Below are positions 1 through 5,707 of a DNA stretch of 9,209 bases, piece after piece. A program made the position numbers and the translations under genes. The notes beneath the pieces are model-generated. The model was given only the letters and a program-made list of their open reading frames with translations, did no database searches and had not been told where the DNA came from. The stretch spans positions 1 through 9,209 of the forward strand of contig JAQVDW010000046.1 of NCBI GenBank assembly GCA_028698185.1. The letters run 5' to 3'. Origin of the DNA: Erysipelotrichaceae bacterium (GTDB lineage: Bacteria; Bacillota_I; Bacilli_A; Erysipelotrichales; Coprobacillaceae). The number at the start of each line of letters is the position of its first letter. The first letter of the stretch is position 1.

Positions 1-218
1 CTTACGATGAGAAGATGCTTATCGAAGATGAGGTGGAACTTGTGGTCCAAGTCAACGGCAAAGTCCGGGCCAAACTGACAGTCGCCCTCAACGAGGATGA
101 TGACAAAGTCAAGGAAATGGCTCTGACTAACGAGAATGTCATTTTCCACACCAAAGACAAGAACATTGTCAAGATCATTGTCGTGAAAAACAAGATCGTC
201 AACATCGTTGTCAAATAA
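1..218 (+). CDS. leuS: Leucyl-tRNA synthetase, C-terminal fragment (5' end lies outside the window)
   Basis: The frame is open from position 3 and ends at TAA 216-218. The translation ...VELVVQVNGKVRAKLTVALNEDDDKVKEMAL...IVKIIVVKNKIVNIVVK matches the conserved LeuRS C-terminal signature (E. coli ...VVQVNGKVRAKITVP...KVIYVPGKLLNLVV). A terminator follows. Confidence 0.88.
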   Translation, partial: YDEKMLIEDEVELVVQVNGKVRAKLTVALNEDDDKVKEMALTNENVIFHTKDKNIVKIIVVKNKIVNIVVK

Positions 219-232
219 TCGGTTTATATTGA

Positions 233-267
233 AGCATGATTGTGCCTGCATGATCATGCTTTTTTTT
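233..267 (+). terminator. Rho-independent terminator of leuS
   Basis: An 8-bp stem (agcatgat 233-240 pairing with atcatgct 253-260) with a 12-nt loop runs into a T8 tract at 260-267, 15 nt after the leuS stop. Confidence 0.75.
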
Positions 268-358
268 GCCTGGAAAAATCTTATGGCGCTCCAGGTCACT
301 AGATTCATGACCATTGCACGATAATTTGAGTGCATAACGGGCGCACAAATTCATATCA

Positions 359-367
359 TGATATAAT
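359..367 (+). promoter_or_regulatory. Candidate extended -10 promoter element (TGaTATAAT) upstream of the dioxygenase gene
   Basis: TG 359-360 and TATAAT 362-367. There is no convincing -35 at 17-nt spacing. The perfect 12-bp palindrome atatcatgatat (353-364) overlaps it. The implied leader is about 155 nt. Confidence 0.3.
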
Positions 368-526
368 CATCATTGTAAGATTCAATGCAGTGAGGGATGT
401 GGCAATCAAGCATTTTTAAATACTGCTTCGACATAAATATGACTTTGCCACGGCCTGGATGTATGTTCAGGCTGCCTGAAATCCAATCCGGTTCTTGCCG
501 GTGGCGATCTTGTCAATGAAAGAAGG

Positions 527-1330
527 ATGATTATGAAAATGCCTGCAATATTTGTCGGCCACGGTTCGCCGATGAATGCGATTGAAACAAACGGATACAC
601 AAGGGTTTGGGCCAGAATCGGACAGATGTATAAGTCCAAGGCCATATTGATGATCAGCGCCCACTGGTACAAAGCGGAAACGTATATCCAGGACGCCACG
701 ATTCCAAAGCGGATATATGACATATATGGATTTCCTGAAGCCCTATACAAGCTAAGATACCCGGCCCAGGGCGACAAGGAACTGACTGGAAAGGTTGTCG
801 CGGCGCTGGGACAGTCCGCCATTTCCATCGACAATAGCTGGGGCATTGACCATGGGGCCTGGTCGGTTCTGGGGCACATGTATCCAAAGGCAAAAATACC
901 GGTAGTCCGGCTAAGTGTCAGCAACCGGCTCAATCCCGTGCAACAGTTTGAAATGGGAAAGAAGCTGGCCCATTTGCGCTTAGAGGGCTACATGATAATA
1001 GCCAGCGGGAATATCGTCCACAACCTGGGCCTGGCAGATTTTTATGGCATTGATCCCTTCGACTTTGCGGTCAATTTCGATGACCGAATCGAAACGGCGA
1101 TAATTAACGGGGATTACGCCGCCTGTGTCGCTTACCGTGACCTAGGCGACACGGCCCGACTGGCCGTACCGACGACAGACCACTATTATCCGTTGCTCGT
1201 GCTACTGGGAACGGTTGGGAAAAACGACCGGGTCACCGTCTTCAACAAGGCCTACGAATACGGCAGCCTTTCAATGACCGGCTACCTGTTCGATGAAGAC
1301 GGGACAGAAAGCCTGACCAACGACCGGTAG
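527..1330 (+). CDS. ygiD: Class III extradiol ring-cleavage dioxygenase, 4,5-DOPA dioxygenase (YgiD/LigB) family
   Basis: MPAIFVGHGSPMNAIETNGYTRVW...ISAHWY...FPEALY..YPAQG...WGIDHGAWSVL..MYP.A.IPVV.LS...ASGNIVHNL...DHYYPLL...GSLSM aligns along its whole length with my recollection of E. coli YgiD. The real start is probably ATG 533, since SD AGAAGGA (521-527) overlaps the ATG at 527. Stop is TAG 1328-1330. Confidence 0.9.
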   Translation: MIMKMPAIFVGHGSPMNAIETNGYTRVWARIGQMYKSKAILMISAHWYKAETYIQDATIPKRIYDIYGFPEALYKLRYPAQGDKELTGKVVAALGQSAISIDNSWGIDHGAWSVLGHMYPKAKIPVVRLSVSNRLNPVQQFEMGKKLAHLRLEGYMIIASGNIVHNLGLADFYGIDPFDFAVNFDDRIETAIINGDYAACVAYRDLGDTARLAVPTTDHYYPLLVLLGTVGKNDRVTVFNKAYEYGSLSMTGYLFDEDGTESLTNDR

Positions 1331-1356
1331 CCAAAAAACAGCGGATATGTTACAAT
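1328..1356 (+). promoter_or_regulatory. Candidate internal promoter for AKR-A (TAGCCA-N17-TGtTACAAT)
   Basis: -35-like TAGCCA at 1328-1333 (4/6), 17-nt spacer, TG at 1348-1349 and -10 TACAAT at 1351-1356. It lies in the 54-nt gap before ATG 1385. This is sequence pattern only. Confidence 0.3.
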
Positions 1357-1384
1357 AGACTAAAATGATATCAAGGAGACGATT

Positions 1385-2392
1385 ATGGATAAAGTTACTT
1401 TGGGCATTACCGGAATTACCGTGAATCGAAACGGCTTTGGGGCCTTGCCGGTGCAGCGGGTCGACATGGCCGGGGCGGTGGCCCTGCTGCAAAAAGCCTA
1501 TGAAAATGGTATCCGCTTTTTCGATACGGCCCGGCTCTACAGCGATTCCGAGGCGAAGCTCGGGGTGGCGCTGGCGTCCGTGCGTCAGGAAATTTATATC
1601 GCAACCAAGACAAATGCGACCACCCCGGAGAAGTTCTGGGCGGACCTGGCCACGTCTTTGGACAACCTCAAGAGCGACTATGTCGATATCTACCAGTTTC
1701 ACAATCCGTCGTTCTGTCCGCGGCCAAATGATGGCACCGGATTGTATGAAGCTATGCTTGAGGCCAAGGCTCAGGGGAAAATCCGCCATATCGGGCTGAC
1801 CAACCATTCCCTGGAAGTGGCGATGGAAGCGGCCAACTCGGGGTTGTATTCCACAATCCAGTTTCCCTTCAGTTATCTTGCCAGTGAGAAGGATCTCGAG
1901 CTTGTTAAGCTGTGCCAGGAAAAGAACATCGGGTTTATCGCGATGAAGTCGCTGGCGGGGGGCCTGATCACCAAGTCAAATCTCGCTTACGCTTTTGCGA
2001 GTCAATTCGACAATGTCCTGCCGATCTGGGGCATCCAGAAGGAAAACGAACTCGATGAGTTCATTTCCTACCAGAGCATTCCGCCAATCCAAGATGAGAA
2101 AATGGCAAAGGCCATCGCGGCCGATGTCAATGAGCTAGGCGGGGACTTCTGCCGGGGCTGTGGCTACTGCATGCCTTGTCCTGTTGGCATCGAGATCAAC
2201 AACTGCGCGCGGATGTCGCTGCTGCTGCGACGGTCGCCAGCGGCGGGATGGCTCAATGAATCGTGGCAGGCCAAGATGGCCAAAATCGAAGACTGTCTCA
2301 ACTGTGGCCAATGCTCAAGCAAATGTCCATACAATCTCGACACGCCGGCACTGCTTGCCAAGAACCTGGCCGATTACAGGACCTTCCTTTGA
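1385..2392 (+). CDS. Aldo/keto reductase fused to a C-terminal dicluster 4Fe-4S ferredoxin-like domain (COG1453-type), AKR-A
   Basis: SD AAGGAG (1373-1378) lies 6 nt before the ATG. AKR tetrad candidates are present: FFDTARLY (D, Y), IATK (K), QFHN (H). The C-terminus carries CRGCGYCMPCP and CLNCGQCSSKCP Cys clusters (nt 2150-2329). Stop is TGA 2390-2392. Confidence 0.9.
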   Translation: MDKVTLGITGITVNRNGFGALPVQRVDMAGAVALLQKAYENGIRFFDTARLYSDSEAKLGVALASVRQEIYIATKTNATTPEKFWADLATSLDNLKSDYVDIYQFHNPSFCPRPNDGTGLYEAMLEAKAQGKIRHIGLTNHSLEVAMEAANSGLYSTIQFPFSYLASEKDLELVKLCQEKNIGFIAMKSLAGGLITKSNLAYAFASQFDNVLPIWGIQKENELDEFISYQSIPPIQDEKMAKAIAADVNELGGDFCRGCGYCMPCPVGIEINNCARMSLLLRRSPAAGWLNESWQAKMAKIEDCLNCGQCSSKCPYNLDTPALLAKNLADYRTFL

Positions 2393-2519
2393 TTAATCGC
2401 AAACAGGAATTTTCACTTGACCTTAAAGCGGACTTTAACGATATAGTTAGTAAAGGAGGTATCAGACGCTATTGGAAATAGCCGGTCATAAAGGCGGGCG
2501 GCAGTGTCTGAAAATTCTA

Positions 2520-2645
2520 ATGGAAATAGTAATAGTAGACGGACAGGGCGGCGGCATCGGCCGGAGCATCTGACAGATTTTGAAACAGAACTTCGATGAT
2601 ATTTTCATCATCAACAGCCGATTGGCGAATATCTCGAAGAATTAG
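2520..2645 (+). pseudogene. Decayed N-terminal remnant of a DUF3842-like small gene, interrupted by an in-frame TGA and truncated
   Basis: ATG 2520 encodes MEIVIVDGQGGGIGRSI, then TGA (2571-2573), then QILKQNFDDIFIINSRLANISKN and TAG (2643-2645). The M.I.VIDGQGGGIG..I.e.l.. pattern is how I remember DUF3842 N-termini. That family is about 115-135 aa, so most of the gene is missing. Confidence 0.35.
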
Positions 2646-2773
2646 TTACTATATTGAAAAAACGGTAAAGAGTGTTTGATACATGAAGTATGGATGGACC
2701 GGAGATCCGGTTGTTGCTTGCATGGACACTTTTTCTTTTACGATTTTTACCCCGTTCTATAAAGGAGAATTTC

Positions 2774-3556
2774 ATGGATAAATTGGAACAACTTAAAGAG
2801 CTGCTGCGATCATACCACAAGGTGGCGATCGCTTACAGCGGCGGAGTCGACTCGAATTTCCTTTTCGAGGTGGCCAAGGCGACCCTGGGTGCAGACAACG
2901 TCCTGGCGGTATTCTGCCAGGGGGCAATGATTGCCGAGTCGGAAAAAGCCGAGGCCTCGATGATGCTTAAAGGGGCCCGGCACCGGGTTGTTGATATCGA
3001 TGTCTTGGCGATTGAGCAGTTCAAACACAACGACAAGTTGCGCTGTTACCACTGCAAGTTCGCAATCATGTCAAAGGTCATTGCAGTAGCGAAAGAAGAA
3101 GGATTCGCCATCGTTCTGGATGGGCGCAACCACGATGATGGCAAAAGCTACCGGCCGGGCATCCAGGCCTGCGAAAAACTAGGCATCCTTTCTCCTCTGG
3201 CGGGCGTGGCTATGACTAAAGCTGAAATCCGGGCCTATTCGAAACAGCTGAAAATTGCCACTTACGACAAGCCGGCCAACGCCTGTCTGGCATCCCGCTT
3301 TGATTATGGGACTGAACTGGACTTGAGCAAACTCGAACGCGTGGCCCAAGGCGAAGAGATTATCAGGGAAATGGGAATCGCCTCGCTCCGTCTTCGGGTC
3401 GCCGGTGACCTGGCGCGGATTGAAGTCGAACCCCAGGATTTTGAAAAAATTATCGGTTCGAGCCAGCTGGTTGCCAAGCTAAAAAAGCTGGGCTTTACTT
3501 ATGTGACATTGGATCTGGCCGGACTTAAAAGTGGAGGATACGACCGTGAAAGTTAA
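2774..3556 (+). CDS. larE: LarE, ATP-dependent sulfur insertase for nickel-pincer nucleotide cofactor biosynthesis (PP-loop ATP pyrophosphatase family)
   Basis: SD AAAGGAG (2761-2767) lies 6 nt before ATG 2774, so the longer ORF from 2690 is probably not used. PP-loop SGGVDS at 2837-2854. Conserved ...PANACLASRFDYG... motif with Cys at 3284-3286, plus CYHC at 3044-3055. C-terminal ...LRLRV.GDLARIEV... and GF.YVTLDL.G..SG are typical of LarE. Confidence 0.92.
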   Translation: MDKLEQLKELLRSYHKVAIAYSGGVDSNFLFEVAKATLGADNVLAVFCQGAMIAESEKAEASMMLKGARHRVVDIDVLAIEQFKHNDKLRCYHCKFAIMSKVIAVAKEEGFAIVLDGRNHDDGKSYRPGIQACEKLGILSPLAGVAMTKAEIRAYSKQLKIATYDKPANACLASRFDYGTELDLSKLERVAQGEEIIREMGIASLRLRVAGDLARIEVEPQDFEKIIGSSQLVAKLKKLGFTYVTLDLAGLKSGGYDRES

Positions 3557-4289
3557 AGAAATATTGGAACAGGTGCAAAACCAGAAAATTTCAGTGGAAA
3601 AAGCGCAGCAGCTTCTGGAACAGCCGCTGGACTATGCGACGATTGATTTTGACCGCGAGAAGCGGACCGGAATCTCGGAAGTGATATATGGTGAAGGCAA
3701 GACCGCCCGGCAGATTGCCGGAATCATCCAGAACATGCTTGACCATGACTGCAAGACAATCCTGGCGACCCGGATTTCTCAGGAAAAAAGAGCCTACCTC
3801 GATCCGCTCTTCCCGGATTTCGAATACGATGAGCTGGCACGTACCTTCTTCTATCATCACAACAACATTCCCCACAACATCGGCAAGATTGCGGTTGTCT
3901 GCGCGGGCACATCGGATCTGCCGGTGGCCCGGGAAGCATACATCACTGCGAAGTTCCTGGGCAACGAGACAATCCTTATCAGCGATGTCGGGGTGGCGGG
4001 AATCCACCGCCTGTTCAACCGGCTCGATGATATCCGCGAAGCGAGCGTCGTCGTTGTCGTGGCGGGCATGGAAGGGGCCCTGGCATCGGTTGTCGGGGGG
4101 CTGACGGACAAACCGGTCATCGCCTGTCCGACCTCGGTGGGATATGGAGCCAATCTTGACGGTCTGGCCACCCTGCTTGCCATGCTCAACAGCTGCGCTA
4201 GCGGTATCGCTGTCGTCAACATCGACAACGGCTTCGGGGCCGGATACATGGCCCATTCGATCAACAATCTGAAAGGAAAAAAAACATGA
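3546..4289 (+). CDS. larB: LarB, NaAD carboxylase/hydrolase for nickel-pincer cofactor biosynthesis (PurE/AIR-carboxylase-like)
   Basis: Probable GTG start at 3546, 7 nt after SD GGAGGA (3533-3538). The ORF track begins at an earlier GTG, 3531. It overlaps the larE stop (3554-3556). N-terminal helix KEILEQV...IS.E.A..LL; PurE-like core IAVVCAGTSDLPVA.EA...LG...ISDVGVAGIHRL...VVVVVAGMEGALASVVGGL...PVIA.PTSVGYGA; conserved LNSC Cys codon at 4194-4196. Confidence 0.92.
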   Translation: MKVKEILEQVQNQKISVEKAQQLLEQPLDYATIDFDREKRTGISEVIYGEGKTARQIAGIIQNMLDHDCKTILATRISQEKRAYLDPLFPDFEYDELARTFFYHHNNIPHNIGKIAVVCAGTSDLPVAREAYITAKFLGNETILISDVGVAGIHRLFNRLDDIREASVVVVVAGMEGALASVVGGLTDKPVIACPTSVGYGANLDGLATLLAMLNSCASGIAVVNIDNGFGAGYMAHSINNLKGKKT

Positions 4290-5635
4290 AAGCACTGTAT
4301 TTTGACTGCTCGAGCGGCATCTCCGGCAACATGACAATCGCCGCATTGATGGAACTGCTTGACGATACGACATACCTGGAAAACGAACTCAAGAAAATCA
4401 ATGTCCCCGGGTACCATCTCGTAATCGACAAGCGCAACAAGAACGGCATTATGGCGACCCATGTGGAAGTGGTCATCGGCCATGAACACTCGCATGACCA
4501 CAACCACGAGCACGGCCATGAACACTCACATGACCACAGCCACGAGCACGGCCATGAACACTCACATGACCACAGCCACGAGCATGGCCATGAACATTCG
4601 CATGACCACAACCACGAGCACGGCCATGAACACTCGCATGACCACAACCACGAGCACGGCCACGATCAAGGACACCATCATGAGCATCGCAACCTGACGG
4701 CAATCAACAGCCTTATCGACGGGAGCAGCCTCGATAATCCGACCAAGGACCTGGCCAAGCGGATCTTCCTGCGGGTGGCCCGGGCCGAAAGCAAAGTGCA
4801 TGGCAAACCGCTCGAACAGGTGCATTTCCATGAGGTCGGCGCCATCGATTCGATCATCGATATCGTGGCCACCGCGATATTGATAAACAAGATCGCACCC
4901 GATGCCATCTATGCTTCAATTGTCAATGACGGTCACGGGTTTGTCAAATGTGCCCACGGACTGATGAGCGTTCCGGTTCCTGCGACAAGCGAGATTTTCG
5001 CTTCAAGCGACGTGGTCTGTCGCCAGATCGATATCGATGGCGAACTTGTGACTCCAACCGGTGCGGCCATAATCGCCGAACTGGCCAGCAGCTTTGGGGT
5101 GATGCCGGCGATGAAGGTGACCAAGATCGGCTGGGGCAGCGGCACCAAGGATCTTGCAATTCCCAATGTCCTGAAGGTGTCGATGGGGCAAATCACCAAG
5201 GACAAACCCAAGATAGCGGTCATGGAGAGCAATATCGATGACACGACCGGCGAGATTATGGGTTACACGATGGAGCGACTGTTCGAGGCGGGGGCGCTCG
5301 ATGTCTTTTTCACGCCGATCTTCATGAAAAAGAACCGGCCGGCCTACCGTCTTAGTGTTGCCTGCCAGGAGGAAAGCATGGCGGCACTCAAGGACATCAT
5401 TTTCGCCGAGACGACCACGATCGGAATCCGCTACCGCTATGAGGACCGTTTCGTTTTGGATCGGGAAATAATCACCAAAGAGACATCGCTAGGGCCGGTG
5501 CGCCTGAAGGTCACGCAGAATCGGGACATCCGCGACGAGTATTTCGAATTCGAGGATCTCAAACGGGTGGCCCAGGAAAACGGGATGGCTATCAAGGATG
5601 TCATCAGGATCTTGACAAAGGAATTTTCAAAATAA
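4286..5635 (+). CDS. larC: LarC, CTP-dependent nickel insertase (cyclometallase, DUF111 family), single fused polypeptide with an expanded His-rich tract
   Basis: An ATGA start/stop overlap links it to larB. SD AAGGA (4273-4277). Motifs: MKALYFDCSSGISGNM..AAL, HRNL..I..LI, AESKVHG.PLEQVHFHEVGAIDSIIDIV, GELVTPTGAAI, ESNIDD..GE..GY.ME.LFEAGALDVF.TPI.MKKNRP, ETTTIGIRY. It is uninterrupted from the N-terminal (LarC1-like) to the C-terminal (LarC2-like) region. Confidence 0.93.
   Translation: MKALYFDCSSGISGNMTIAALMELLDDTTYLENELKKINVPGYHLVIDKRNKNGIMATHVEVVIGHEHSHDHNHEHGHEHSHDHSHEHGHEHSHDHSHEHGHEHSHDHNHEHGHEHSHDHNHEHGHDQGHHHEHRNLTAINSLIDGSSLDNPTKDLAKRIFLRVARAESKVHGKPLEQVHFHEVGAIDSIIDIVATAILINKIAPDAIYASIVNDGHGFVKCAHGLMSVPVPATSEIFASSDVVCRQIDIDGELVTPTGAAIIAELASSFGVMPAMKVTKIGWGSGTKDLAIPNVLKVSMGQITKDKPKIAVMESNIDDTTGEIMGYTMERLFEAGALDVFFTPIFMKKNRPAYRLSVACQEESMAALKDIIFAETTTIGIRYRYEDRFVLDREIITKETSLGPVRLKVTQNRDIRDEYFEFEDLKRVAQENGMAIKDVIRILTKEFSK
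4481..4660 (+). repeat. Five tandem copies of a 36-bp in-frame unit encoding HEHSHD(N/S)HEHG inside larC
   Basis: Units are 4481-4516, 4517-4552, 4553-4588, 4589-4624 and 4625-4660. Units 1 and 5 are identical. Unit 4 differs from unit 1 by 1 nt, unit 3 from unit 2 by 1 nt, and unit 2 from unit 1 by 2 nt. A degenerate His-rich tail HDQGHHHEH follows, ending at 4687. Confidence 0.97.
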
Positions 5636-5675
5636 GAAAATCCCGTGTGTCCCTTTACCGTACAGTCGACTTTAA

Positions 5676-5684
5676 TGGTACAAT
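5676..5684 (+). promoter_or_regulatory. Candidate extended -10 element (TGgTACAAT) in the larC/AKR-B gap
   Basis: TG 5676-5677 and TACAAT 5679-5684. The -35 is poor (TTTACC 5654-5659 at 19-nt spacing). The predicted start site would sit only a few nt before SD AAAGGAG (5694-5700), so function is uncertain. Confidence 0.25.
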
Positions 5685-5707
5685 AGGTTTTGTAAAGGAG
5701 TGATTCT

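Noticed and set aside
406-933. A 175-aa minus-strand ORF spanning the leuS/ygiD intergenic region and the 5' half of the dioxygenase gene.
   Set aside because: It is antisense to a gene with a full-length YgiD match, and I recognise no motifs in it. It is a shadow ORF.
2493-2564. The G-rich segments upstream of larE as a NiCo (czcD-type) riboswitch.
   Set aside because: I could not derive the four-helix junction or the conserved core by eye. Part of the G-richness is explained by the GQGGGIG-coding remnant. I have left it as a suggested Rfam check rather than a call.
2571-2573. The in-frame TGA in the DUF3842-like fragment as possible selenocysteine or Trp recoding.
   Set aside because: TGA clearly acts as a stop for AKR-A (2390-2392) and the flavodoxin gene (9042-9044). 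No SECIS-like hairpin follows. The reading frame ends 24 codons later anyway, far short of family length.
2690-2773. The 28-codon N-terminal extension of larE in the ORF track (MDGPEIRLLLAWTLFLLRFLPRSIKENF). The 13-codon extension of ppk2 (6878-6916) is a similar case.
   Set aside because: The LarE family N-terminus begins at MDKLEQL..., which has a strong SD 6 nt upstream of ATG 2774, whereas ATG 2690 has none. For ppk2, ATG 6878 sits only about 7 nt from the predicted -10 box.
3591-4647. Long antisense and off-frame ORFs over larB/larC: 3591..4373(-) 260 aa, 3857..4525(-) 222 aa, 4261..4647(-) 128 aa, 4461..4697(+), 4473..4703(-).
   Set aside because: They lie entirely within confidently identified + strand genes. 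Their translations are low-complexity (R/P/C/W-rich, or repeat echoes such as WSCECSWPCSWL). None has an SD-like site. They are typical shadow ORFs of codon-biased genes and of the tandem repeat.
4481-4660. The regular 36-bp repeats could be mistaken for a CRISPR array.
   Set aside because: The units are directly adjacent with no spacers. They stay in frame inside a well-supported larC ORF and encode a coherent His-rich peptide. No cas genes or leader are present.
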